A stretch of 64,000 nt of DNA, taken from positions 9,834-73,833 of the forward strand of contig JBCCHE010000018.1 of the NCBI GenBank assembly GCA_039028875.1, in the 5' to 3' direction. The notes under the pieces are model-generated. The model made no database searches. It was not told the DNA's origin and saw only the letters and a list, made by a program, of their open reading frames with translations. The stretch's first letter is position 1; each line of letters starts with the position of its first letter. The stretch is from Myxococcota bacterium (GTDB taxonomy: Bacteria > Myxococcota_A > Polyangia > Polyangiales > Houyiibacteriaceae). Below, one piece after another: positions 18,935-27,487 of this stretch. Made by a program: the position numbers and the translations under genes.

Positions 18935-20158
18935 TTACTCGACGCCGTCTTCGACCAGGTTCTGCCAATCGTCGGTACCGTTGACGTAGGCGGAGAACCA
19001 GTCGAGGACCGAGGTGCCGTCGATGGAGGTGGCGAGGCTGCCAATCTCGAGCCCACCCAGGACTGCCTCACCTGGCTCGGCGCGAAGCAAGGTGGTGTGC
19101 GCTGCCCCTTCGGCGATGAACCGGCGATAGCGATCTGGGAAGCGGTCGGTGATGCGGCCGGTCTCCGCCAAGAGCTCGGTCGTGAAGTCGGCGGCGGGGA
19201 TCATCAGGAACGTGGTCGCGATCACAAAGTCTGCGCTGAAGCTCAGGGCGCTCATCGTGACGTTCGGGTCGGTCTCGAGTTGCCATTCCAAGACCCGGGT
19301 GACGTGACCGTTGCTCGTGCAGTCCGGACAAGACGCTGGGGCCCAACCCTCTGCGTTCCAACCGGCGAGGAGCGTTTCGTTGACGAAGTCAGGATCGTCC
19401 TCTCCCTTGGCGACACCGATCCCGGAATCATTGAAGACGAGGATCTCGGCGTCCGGGTAGTAAAAGCGGACCAGCGGAAGGGCGACGATCGTGCCGAACG
19501 CGCCGCCGCTAACCCCGGTCAGCACGATGCGCGGCGGATTCGGAAACTGCGCCGCGGTCACGTCGAGCGCGGACGTGAGGTTCTGAAGGCCTCGCTGGTA
19601 GCTCTGCCCGCCACCACCCTCGCCGATGATGCTGCCTGGCAGGTCGCGGTCGACGTCACCGACGAAGAGCGAACCGTCGCAGTACGGAAGATAAGACACG
19701 TCCCAATCGGCCAGCGGGTTGCCGGCGAGTTCGGGGTCGAGAATGCCCGCGGCCGTCAACGGCCCAGCGTTCTCCGCGGCCGAACAAAACTCGGGCCAAC
19801 AGGCGCCGCCGCCCTGCAAGAAGATCATGAGGTTGTCGGACGCGCCCTCTCGGGTGTCCATCGTCCACTGGCCACCGCGAATGCAAACCGGAACGCGCGG
19901 CCCAGTGCTGAGGTCGTCGGGAACCGCAAACTCGTAGTGCCTCACCCCTTGGTCGTCGGGCTCCGGGTCGTTCGACGGCGAAAACTCGCCCACGTAGCGG
20001 GTCAGGCCTTGGTCGTAGAGTTCCTGGAACACGGCGTTGCTATCGCTGCCGCCGCTCCCACCGGTTCCGCCGTCGCTGCTACTGCTATCGTCGGAACATC
20101 CCACAAGGACCAACGCGCCCACCATCGCGAGGGTCCACATCAAGCTAGTCGTCTTCAT
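18935..20158 (-). CDS. pectin-acetylesterase (PAE/Notum-like) family lipoprotein
   Basis: ORF-track 18935..20158. Lipobox LVLVGC followed by an S/G/D linker. Family-like IFLQGGGACW, YCDGSLFVGD and LTGVSGGAFG. Confidence 0.7.
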   Translation of the reverse strand: MKTTSLMWTLAMVGALVLVGCSDDSSSSDGGTGGSGGSDSNAVFQELYDQGLTRYVGEFSPSNDPEPDDQGVRHYEFAVPDDLSTGPRVPVCIRGGQWTMDTREGASDNLMIFLQGGGACWPEFCSAAENAGPLTAAGILDPELAGNPLADWDVSYLPYCDGSLFVGDVDRDLPGSIIGEGGGGQSYQRGLQNLTSALDVTAAQFPNPPRIVLTGVSGGAFGTIVALPLVRFYYPDAEILVFNDSGIGVAKGEDDPDFVNETLLAGWNAEGWAPASCPDCTSNGHVTRVLEWQLETDPNVTMSALSFSADFVIATTFLMIPAADFTTELLAETGRITDRFPDRYRRFIAEGAAHTTLLRAEPGEAVLGGLEIGSLATSIDGTSVLDWFSAYVNGTDDWQNLVEDGVE

Positions 20159-20304
20159 TCGAGCCTCCTGCCGCCGAGTCGCGCCGGCGGCGCCTATTGG
20201 TACGCGCGAGTGCGGCGCCCGTCAATGGCGGTATTGCCGAAAAATCTCGACCCGACAGGACCGGACATCACCGCAGCCCAATGCCGCCAGTCGCCGCGCG
20301 GGTG

Positions 20305-21612
20305 TCAAAACGCGGGTGGCGGTGGCGGCGTGCAGCCGAAGGGCAGCTTGAGTTGAGCGCCCTTGCGGGCGTTTGGAACCGTGTCGACCATCGCGGAAAC
20401 GACGTTTGCGGGCTGCGCCTCCCAGGTCGCGAGCGCCGCGTCGCTCTCGGCGGCAATCACGAACGACTCGTCACCGTCCACGACAGCAGACCAGAACACG
20501 TCCCGCAGAGACTGCGCGATCGCGTCTTCCATGAACGACGCGTCGGTGGCAAAGCGAATGCGCCACACCACGACAACCTCGGACCCACTCTCGAAGATTC
20601 CAAGGCGATCTCCACGCCACTCGAGGGCGTTGGCCCACGCGTCTTCCTCAGCGAACCCGGCACGTAGAAGGGTGGCATAGACATACCAGGCGCCGCTTCG
20701 ATCCTCGAGCGCCAGGGCGCCGCCGTTTGGGATCTGGGGCAAGAGTGCGTCCGGTTCGTCGACCGACGCGAAGCCATCCGCCCGAAATGCATCGTAACCG
20801 GCCATGGCGTCTCGGGCAGAACCCGGAGGCGCGTCGAAGAGCTCTGCGCGACCCGGGAGCCCTCCCCCTTGGGTGGCTCTTCCGAGCATCTCGTACCCGT
20901 AAGCGTACGGGAAGAACCCTGCGGACGCCTCGATAGAGGTGTCGATGTCCGCGGCATCGTCTTTGGCGAACTGCTGAAAGTCATCGTAGCTCTCGTCCCA
21001 GTCCACGCCGGACACCGACTGACCGGCCTGATCGACGAACCAAGCGGAGGCCGCGTAGGTGGCGTCACCTTCGATGACGACACGCGCCCCCATCACACCG
21101 TCGGTCGAGTCGACACCGGAGAACACGTTGCGGATACCGAACTCCCGATCCTGGAGCGCATGGACGAACTCGTGGGCAAGAATCGATTGCGCGTTGCCGT
21201 CTTCGTAATCGCGATCGATGATGGTGATCCCCCGACTGTTGGAGCTGTAGTACGCCGCGACCGAGGTGACCTGTCGGTCGATCTCGGCTTGGGTGGCACT
21301 CGAGGCAGCGTCCGGGATGAACCCGATGAGTCGAAGGCCGCGGCTTTCCGGATCGTCACCGACCAGATCATCGGGCGTGACACCGTCGCGCACTTCCTCC
21401 TCGAACTCGGCGACGCTGATCGTTCGGATCGGGGGGACCTCGGCGGCGTCTTGCTCGAGCTGAGCGGCCACAGACTCGAAGATCCCAAGCTGACAACCGG
21501 CCGCGGTGATGTCGCAGGTGGTGAGGTCTTGCGGGATCATCGGCGGCGGCGGCGAGTCCCCACAAGCGGCAAGGAGTACCGCCAACCAAGTAAGAAAATG
21601 AACCGCCCTCAT
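20305..21612 (-). CDS. putative zinc-metalloprotease-like lipoprotein (HExxH)
   Basis: ORF-track 20305..21735. Start moved to ATG 21612 (MRAVHFLTWLAVLLAAC, lipobox). HEFVHALQD motif. Confidence 0.6.
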   Translation of the reverse strand: MRAVHFLTWLAVLLAACGDSPPPPMIPQDLTTCDITAAGCQLGIFESVAAQLEQDAAEVPPIRTISVAEFEEEVRDGVTPDDLVGDDPESRGLRLIGFIPDAASSATQAEIDRQVTSVAAYYSSNSRGITIIDRDYEDGNAQSILAHEFVHALQDREFGIRNVFSGVDSTDGVMGARVVIEGDATYAASAWFVDQAGQSVSGVDWDESYDDFQQFAKDDAADIDTSIEASAGFFPYAYGYEMLGRATQGGGLPGRAELFDAPPGSARDAMAGYDAFRADGFASVDEPDALLPQIPNGGALALEDRSGAWYVYATLLRAGFAEEDAWANALEWRGDRLGIFESGSEVVVVWRIRFATDASFMEDAIAQSLRDVFWSAVVDGDESFVIAAESDAALATWEAQPANVVSAMVDTVPNARKGAQLKLPFGCTPPPPPAF

Positions 21613-21689
21613 GTTTACAAGCCTAAGGGAAATCGGGTGCTTGGGTAGTGCACCGCTTGGTGGGCGCGACGACGAAAGGCGAACTTCTT

Positions 21690-21746
21690 GGAAACCGTCG
21701 GGTTTCCGCGAGGGTCGAAGCGGGCCACGGCGCACGGAAACCCGAC
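21690..21746. promoter_or_regulatory. mutually exclusive hairpins built from three GGAAACC/GGTTTCC units
   Basis: GGAAACC (21690-96) gtcg GGTTTCC (21701-07) forms one hairpin. GTCGGGTTTCCG (21697-21708) is perfectly complementary to CGGAAACCCGAC (21735-21746). Confidence 0.3.
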
Positions 21747-21848
21747 CTTTGGAAAGGCTTGATTTGGTCTCCAGCCAGGGGCCAAAAAACGGTATCGTCA
21801 GGGTCTTTCTCGATCATCGACGCAACTTCGTCGACGACAGGCCGATGA

Positions 21849-23408
21849 ATGGACATCCCTGGTTTTCCACAATCGACGCTGCTCCAAGGTCGCCGTCCAA
21901 GGTGGGTGCGCCAAAGGCTCCTCGAGGCGCTCATCGCATGCCTCGTAGGCGCGTGCGGCGACCTCGGTTGCCCAGACGCCTTCGTCGATGCGTCGGGTGT
22001 CTGCGTGCCGAGCGCGATCAACGAAGGACCGCCCGAACCGGAACCGGAGCCTGAACCGGAGCCTGAACCGGAGCCCGAACCGGAACCGGAACCGGAACCC
22101 CAACCGGAACCCAAGCCCGAGCCACCGTCCGAACGTTGCGACGGGGTCGACAACGACGAAGACACCCTGGTCGACGAAGACTGGCCCGAGCTCGGAACCC
22201 CCTGCGGCGAAGGGCAAGGGGTGGGCGAATGCGTCGCGGGGGTCGTCGAATGCACCGAAGACGGCGCTGGCGTCGAATGCGTGGGCGCAGTGGGTCCCAC
22301 CGAAGAGACCTGCGATGGCCGGGACAACGACTGCGACGGCATCACAGACAACGGGCCTGAGGAAGTGTGTGACGGCCGGGACAACGACTGCGACGGGCTC
22401 CAGGACGAAGGGGTCCTGTCGGTCAAAAAGGATGCAGTGTTCGTCGGCCTCGCCTCGCTCACGGGAATCCCCGGAGGCTTCGCGGTCGCGCGTACGGTCA
22501 ACGGGCAGTTACGGCTCGAAACCTATGACACCCGCGGCAACCGAACAGGTCACCACGACGACGTCGCGCTGATCGACGACCCGGACTACGTCGAGTCGAG
22601 CGCACGTGGAAACGAGGTCGTCGTCACCTGGGGTAGCACCGACCCGTCCGCAGCGGCCGCCGAGGTCGATACGAACCTCATTCCGACGATCGTCGATTCG
22701 GTCGAGCTCCACACCGTATGGAAGCAACCGGGCGTTTTCCGTGCGACCCCTCCGCCCTACCATCCCAAGGTCTCGGCTTCGCCCAGGCGCATCGTCGGCT
22801 ATCACGAGATCGGAAAGTTCGCCGTCGTGCCATTCGGTGCCGACTTCGATGCCCTCACCGAACCACCGATATCCGTCCCCCAGTTCCCGGAGATCGTCGT
22901 TTGGGACGCCACCAACGCGTGGATCGTCCGTGAAGATGGAGACAACCTCCGCGCGTCGTTTCTACTCGACACTGGGAGTCTGCTGTTCGATATCGACATC
23001 GGTCGAGGGCGAAGACCGAGCATCGCCGAATCGAGAGACGCGCTTGGCGTCGCATCCATCCGCGGCGACGACCTCCAAATCACCGAAGTCGAAGGATTGA
23101 ACTTCCAGTGCGTCCCGAACCTCTTCTGCAACGAGCTGATCGACGCCGACGAGCTCTTCGAGGGGCCCGACAAGACCACGGGCCTCGACTACCTCGCCTC
23201 TCTCGACGTATGGGTTGTCGCTGCCGACGCACAGATCCTCGTCATCGGCCGACAGGATCAGCGCGCCGTCCTCCAGCAGCTCGAGCGCCGGACCGGCCTG
23301 CCCGGCACGGTCGACCGGGCAGACGTCGCCACCAGCGGCGGCAGCATCGCGGTCATGCAGTCGACCACAGAAGGCTCCTCGGCGTTGACGTTCCTCGGGT
23401 GCGACTGA
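21849..23408 (+). CDS. lipoprotein with (PE)n linker and MopE-like CDGxDNDCDG putative metal-binding repeats
   Basis: ORF-track 21849..23408 (an alternative GTG start at 21906 gives RQRLLEALIACLVGAC, lipobox). Repeats RCDGVDNDEDTLVDE, TCDGRDNDCDGITDN and VCDGRDNDCDGLQDE. C-terminal 330 aa are of unknown fold. Confidence 0.75.
   Translation: MDIPGFPQSTLLQGRRPRWVRQRLLEALIACLVGACGDLGCPDAFVDASGVCVPSAINEGPPEPEPEPEPEPEPEPEPEPEPEPQPEPKPEPPSERCDGVDNDEDTLVDEDWPELGTPCGEGQGVGECVAGVVECTEDGAGVECVGAVGPTEETCDGRDNDCDGITDNGPEEVCDGRDNDCDGLQDEGVLSVKKDAVFVGLASLTGIPGGFAVARTVNGQLRLETYDTRGNRTGHHDDVALIDDPDYVESSARGNEVVVTWGSTDPSAAAAEVDTNLIPTIVDSVELHTVWKQPGVFRATPPPYHPKVSASPRRIVGYHEIGKFAVVPFGADFDALTEPPISVPQFPEIVVWDATNAWIVREDGDNLRASFLLDTGSLLFDIDIGRGRRPSIAESRDALGVASIRGDDLQITEVEGLNFQCVPNLFCNELIDADELFEGPDKTTGLDYLASLDVWVVAADAQILVIGRQDQRAVLQQLERRTGLPGTVDRADVATSGGSIAVMQSTTEGSSALTFLGCD
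22032..22127 (+). repeat. hexanucleotide (CCG GAA-type) microsatellite, 16 units, encoding (PE)11-PQ-PE-PK-PE-PP
   Basis: Read directly from the sequence: ccc gaa ccg gaa ccg gag cct gaa ... in frame with CDS 21849..23408. Confidence 0.9.
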
Positions 23409-23414
23409 GGCACC

Positions 23415-25169
23415 ATGCGCGGGTCACTTGTCGGAGGGTTCATCGGGCTCTGCACCATCGTGTGCGCGGCGTCGCCGCTCCGCGCGCAGCAGGCAAACGG
23501 TGGCGGGTCAGGATTGTGGGTCGTCATCCCCGCGGCTGTTGGAAGCCAGGCCCAGGCACTCGAAGGCAACGCCGAAGTCATCCGCCAGGCCCTCACGGAT
23601 CGCGGCCTGCGGGTGTGGCCGCCGAGCCGAGCCGCCGAGAGGTTCGAGGTCCTCGGGTCGGCGCCTGCTCCAGAGGTGAGTCAGCGCGACATCGATCGCT
23701 GGGTCGAGCGATCGAGAGCCGCAGTGCGATACTTGGCACGGGCCGACTACAAGGCCGCTCGACGGGAGCTCAAGGCGGCACAACACCTGGCCGACCGCGC
23801 CGCCGAAGAGCTCAACCGCGAGGCGGCTCGTGCCCAACAGGTGCTCGACACCTGCCTTTTCATGGTTCGCGCGTACGTCGAGACCGGAAACGGCGCCGAG
23901 GCTCGCGGCCAAGCACGGGAGTGCCGCCGCTTGGTACCTCGGGTCGAGCCCACGGCCTTTCGCCACACCCCGGAGGTGCGCGATCTGCTCTCCGAGGTCG
24001 ATCGCGAGATGGCGTCCGAGGCCCCCGGGTCGCTCACGGTTCTCAGCTCTCCGACCGACTGCCTGGCACGAATCAACGGCGTGGAGTTCGGGCAGACACC
24101 GATGCGCGACATCGAGTTGCCGGTTGGCAACTACCGGCTCCAAGTCGAGTGTGACCGAGAGCAGCGTGGACGCATCCACAGGGTTGCCGTCGAGAGTGGT
24201 CCGAACCGCATCACCATCGACGTCAACCTCGACCAGGTCGTGCGGACGCGCCCAGACCTTCACCTTGCGTACAGCACCCACCAAGCGTGGGACGAGGACC
24301 GGATGCGCGACGCCCGCCAGCTCTCCGCAGCGCTCGACAACGCCAACCGGTTGGTGGTGAGCGAGCCAGGGGACGGCGTTGTTCGCATGGATCTCGATGC
24401 GGCCGACCGTGAACCCGCCACCGTGTGGCTCGGCGAAGTCGGCGGCGTTGTGCCACCCGAAGACGCGCGTCGCGGGGTCGACGCGCTTCTCGAGGGGCGT
24501 TCGGTGGACTTTTCGACGGCACACCCCACGGCCAAGCCGAGCTGGTTCATGGCCGAGCAGGCGAGGTCCGGTTCGCTCGCCGAGGGACGCGTCACCACGG
24601 CGCAACGGGCCGCGCGTCGCGCGCAGCAGGGCCCTCGGCCGAGAGGACAACGGGTTGCCGGTTGGTCACTCTTGGCGGTTGGCGCGGCCAGCATGGGCGC
24701 GAGTGTGGGCTGGCACGTACGCCGGGGAACACTGGGTGACCGGTTTGTCGCCGCCCCAGCAGACCTCGCCGTTGGCCAGGACTGGCAAGACGCGCGGATT
24801 CCCGTGTGGACGCTGGCCGCGGTTGGCGGAGCTTCCGCGACGGCGGCGATGCCTCTTCTTCTCCCCAACGAACCGCGCACGCCCTGGTGGGGGTGGACGC
24901 TCGGCGCTGCCGGTCTCGGCCTCGGCGCCTACGGGGTCTATCAAGCCGTGACGATGACGCGCTGCCCAAAGCCCTTCGTCACCGACGAAGTCGCCGTCGG
25001 CCAATGCGTCGACCGAGGCCAAGAAGCGGGTCGGGTCGCGCTGTCGATCGGTGGTGCGGTGCCTCTGTTGACCGTCCCCCTGGTGTACCTGTTTCGCCCG
25101 CTGCGGCTCGACCCCACCGTGTCGGCCAACCGAAACGGGGCGCGACTCGAACTCAGGCGAGTCTTCTGA
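23415..25169 (+). CDS. PEGA-domain protein with signal peptide and C-terminal multi-TM region
   Basis: ORF-track 23415..25169. Signal peptide ...CAASPLRAQQ. PEGA-like LTVLSSPTDCLARINGVEFGQTPMRDIELPVGNYRLQVE. Four C-terminal hydrophobic helices. Confidence 0.75.
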   Translation: MRGSLVGGFIGLCTIVCAASPLRAQQANGGGSGLWVVIPAAVGSQAQALEGNAEVIRQALTDRGLRVWPPSRAAERFEVLGSAPAPEVSQRDIDRWVERSRAAVRYLARADYKAARRELKAAQHLADRAAEELNREAARAQQVLDTCLFMVRAYVETGNGAEARGQARECRRLVPRVEPTAFRHTPEVRDLLSEVDREMASEAPGSLTVLSSPTDCLARINGVEFGQTPMRDIELPVGNYRLQVECDREQRGRIHRVAVESGPNRITIDVNLDQVVRTRPDLHLAYSTHQAWDEDRMRDARQLSAALDNANRLVVSEPGDGVVRMDLDAADREPATVWLGEVGGVVPPEDARRGVDALLEGRSVDFSTAHPTAKPSWFMAEQARSGSLAEGRVTTAQRAARRAQQGPRPRGQRVAGWSLLAVGAASMGASVGWHVRRGTLGDRFVAAPADLAVGQDWQDARIPVWTLAAVGGASATAAMPLLLPNEPRTPWWGWTLGAAGLGLGAYGVYQAVTMTRCPKPFVTDEVAVGQCVDRGQEAGRVALSIGGAVPLLTVPLVYLFRPLRLDPTVSANRNGARLELRRVF

Positions 25170-26074
25170 TGCGGGAGGCGGGGGGGGTGTCGGCTGCGCT
25201 GCCCTCGGCCGACGCAGTGCTTGTCCAAGCTGCGGTGCTTTGGTGTAGCTCGGGTCTCTTGGCCTTGGCGGCACATGCATCGGCACAAGGGCCGGGCCGG
25301 GCGGACGAAGGTCCGCTCGGTCCCGAGACGGTCGTCGTTGCGCGGGTACAGGGCACCGAAGGGGTTCGTCAGGCCAACGGCCCACGCGTCGCGGGTGCAG
25401 TCTCGGAGGCGCTTTTTCAACGTGGGTACGCCGTGGCCGAGGCCCCCCGAGCCGAGGAGGCGATCCCGCGGTGCGCAAGCCCGGAGTGCGTGGAGTCTGC
25501 GCTCGGGCGGGCCGATGCGGTGTTCGCGATCGTCCCGGCGGTGTGGGCACGGGGCGGACGTCGTGAGCTCACCCTCACCCTGGTTGGAAAATCGGGCCGG
25601 AACCTAAATGCGGGTACTGTCCTCAACGGTGACCTGTCGACTACCGTGGCGAGCCTCGTCGAGCAGTTGCTGGCCAAGCGTCGAAGTCGCGCCGGAGGAG
25701 CACGCACGCAAACCCCAAACCTATCGGTCGCCGAGCCGATCACGGCACCGCACCTCTCCGCACACCATCCTTCTGCCACAGCGGGTCGCGACCACCCCAA
25801 CGCTTGGAAAGCGGGGCCGGTTGCTCTCCTGTTCGGAGGCGCCGTGACCATCATCTCCGTCGGCGCGGTGGCGGCGACGCGCGACGATACCCAGCAACTC
25901 AACAAGGGGGCCTCGGCCGCGTGGTGGGTCGTCGGCGGCCTCTGTGTCGCGGGCGGAACCGCGTGGTGGGTCGTAGGGCACCGCCGCCGTACCCGCTCGA
26001 GCGACGCGGCGGCACGCCACGAGACGTCGGTTCGTGTGAGCCCACGTGGGTTTGACTTGCGGGTGCGGTTTTGA
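25169..26074 (+). CDS. secreted/membrane protein, unknown function
   Basis: Lies inside ORF-track 24806..26074. ATG 25169 overlaps the upstream TGA by 1 nt (TGATG). Signal-like LLALAAHASAQ. Two C-terminal TM helices (GPVALLFGGAVTIISVGAVAA, AAWWVVGGLCVAGGTAWWVVG). Confidence 0.55.
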   Translation: MREAGGVSAALPSADAVLVQAAVLWCSSGLLALAAHASAQGPGRADEGPLGPETVVVARVQGTEGVRQANGPRVAGAVSEALFQRGYAVAEAPRAEEAIPRCASPECVESALGRADAVFAIVPAVWARGGRRELTLTLVGKSGRNLNAGTVLNGDLSTTVASLVEQLLAKRRSRAGGARTQTPNLSVAEPITAPHLSAHHPSATAGRDHPNAWKAGPVALLFGGAVTIISVGAVAATRDDTQQLNKGASAAWWVVGGLCVAGGTAWWVVGHRRRTRSSDAAARHETSVRVSPRGFDLRVRF

Positions 26075-26088
26075 GAGAGGTTAGGCTC

Positions 26089-27048
26089 ATGGTTCGTCTC
26101 GCTTGCTTTTCTCTTGGGCTGATCGTCGCAGCCGGCTGCGTCCTCGAGGACCAACCCGTTGACCCCGACGGCGGCGTCGCGGGTTCGGCGGGCTCTCCGG
26201 CCACTGGAGGCGTTGGTGGCGGAATTCCTTGTGGTCCGTGTTCCGGAGACACACCCGTCTGCAACGATGCAACCGGCGCATGCGTCGAATGCACCGATGC
26301 CGACACGAGCGCATGCACCGCCCCAACACCTGCGTGTGACGCGACCACCTTCACCTGCGTCGCATGCCTCACGAGTCAAGATTGCCAACAGGCCGACGCG
26401 GCGAGGTGCGATCCCGTCACCCTCGAATGCGTGGGGTGCGAAACGGCCAACGACTGCAGCGACATCCCAGGGGCCCCTGCCTGCGGCGACGGCGTGTGTG
26501 TCGAGTGCACGCCAGCCAGTGAATCGGTCGACTGCCCTGGAACCAGTTGCAACCCGGCCACTTTCAGGTGCACTGCAACACCGATCGGTAGCCGCGCCAC
26601 GTGCGAGACGTGCCAGAGCGACACCGAATGCAGCGACGACGCCGACCGATGCGTCGCAATGAACTACCAGGGGGAGGCGTTCCCGGATGAGGAAACGGGA
26701 TTCTGCTTGCGTCAACGGAGCGCAAGCTGCGAGAGGCCGTTCTCAATCACGCTAGAGGACCGGTCGAGTTTCTCGGGGCCACCGACCGAGGACTACTGCG
26801 GCATCAACGAAGAACTCGCGACTTGCCCAGCGGTGCTGGCCCTCCTCGCGGACGACCGCTGTGCTCAAGACGAAGACTGCCCTCAGCCGAGTGGACTGTG
26901 CAGAGATGTGGGCGGCCTTCCGGATCGATGCACCTACGCTTGCTCGACAGTCGTGGAGTGCCTCGACGACCTTCCACCAGGACGACCGGGGGCAACGTGC
27001 GGGCCGCCCGCACCGATGGGCGCCAGCTACTGCGGCGGGCCCGACTAG
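26089..27048 (+). CDS. Cys-rich repeat lipoprotein (Myxococcus-type cysteine-rich repeats)
   Basis: ORF-track 26071..27048 (TTG start). I prefer ATG 26089 (MVRLACFSLGLIVAAGC, lipobox), preceded by gagagagg. About 30 Cys in repeated C-x-x-C / DC patterns (ACVECTDAD, TCVACLTSQDC, ECVGCETANDC, VCVECTPAS). Confidence 0.7.
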   Translation: MVRLACFSLGLIVAAGCVLEDQPVDPDGGVAGSAGSPATGGVGGGIPCGPCSGDTPVCNDATGACVECTDADTSACTAPTPACDATTFTCVACLTSQDCQQADAARCDPVTLECVGCETANDCSDIPGAPACGDGVCVECTPASESVDCPGTSCNPATFRCTATPIGSRATCETCQSDTECSDDADRCVAMNYQGEAFPDEETGFCLRQRSASCERPFSITLEDRSSFSGPPTEDYCGINEELATCPAVLALLADDRCAQDEDCPQPSGLCRDVGGLPDRCTYACSTVVECLDDLPPGRPGATCGPPAPMGASYCGGPD

Positions 27049-27250
27049 CGCGCCCCACGCACGCAGGGCCGGCCGTCGCTACCCGACACGTTGGGGCGGC
27101 CCCGCCGAGGCGTGTATTCCAGCCGTCTCACTGAGGTTGGGTGCTTCGGGGCTATCGGGTCCAAGCCCGACCGCGGGGACGCACGACGGCACGCACCTGC
27201 ACGGGCGTTCAACGGCGCCGCTGGAACCGCGAGGAACGGTCGGGGTCCGC

Positions 27251-27262
27251 TCGGCCGAAGAA
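27251..27262 (+). repeat. 12-nt direct repeat TCGGCCGAAGAA, copy 1 (contains palindrome TCGGCCGA)
   Basis: Exact 12-mer, repeated at 27383-27394 within the same 440-bp intergenic region. Confidence 0.7.
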
Positions 27263-27293
27263 CGGTGCAAATCGAGGCGCCCACGGGAGGACT

Positions 27294-27309
27294 TGTGATC
27301 TCGATCACA
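27294..27309. promoter_or_regulatory. CRP/FNR-type binding-site candidate TGTGATC-TC-GATCACA (TGTGA-N6-TCACA)
   Basis: Perfect 7-bp inverted arms read directly from the sequence. Matches the E. coli CRP consensus TGTGAtctagaTCACA at 15 of 16 positions. The centre is about 186 nt upstream of ATG 27488. Confidence 0.5.
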
Positions 27310-27382
27310 GTGGGGTCAGGCGAATGGGATGCGCTTTTGGCGAGGGTGAAGTGAGACCGATCCGCGGTGTGAGAGACGTGTT

Positions 27383-27394
27383 TCGGCCGAAGAA
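27383..27394 (+). repeat. 12-nt direct repeat TCGGCCGAAGAA, copy 2 (within 10-bp palindrome TTCGGCCGAA, 27382-27391)
   Basis: Exact match to 27251-27262. Confidence 0.7.
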
Positions 27395-27487
27395 TCGCGC
27401 AGTCGCGTGCTGGTGAGCTAAGATGTGAACCTAGGCCCCGTGGGGGGGCTCGGATCGCGATGGGGTTGTCGCGATGGAGCAGGCGGC

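Noticed and set aside
18781-19071. 97-codon N-terminal extension of the nitronate monooxygenase ORF
   Set aside because: The extension is S/P/T/R-rich and covers the palindrome-containing intergenic region. The family N-terminus (MKTEICERLGIEFPIF) starts at 18780.
18779-20356. 525-aa plus-strand ORF
   Set aside because: It is antisense to the PAE-like lipoprotein gene and crosses an intergenic region. Its composition is not protein-like.
22032-22127. Short regular repeats considered as a possible CRISPR-like array (also 2217-2288 and 60265-60312)
   Set aside because: The units are 6, 18 or 27 nt, contiguous, without spacers, and in frame within CDSs encoding PE or G-rich linkers. These are not CRISPR arrays.
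25417-26715. 432-aa minus-strand ORF
   Set aside because: It is antisense to two co-directional operon genes with signal peptides or lipoboxes. It has no motifs.
27091-27416. ORFs of 87 and 91 aa inside the 440-bp leader
   Set aside because: The translations are R/G/P/A-rich, with no hydrophobic core and no start context. I treat the region as non-coding regulatory DNA.
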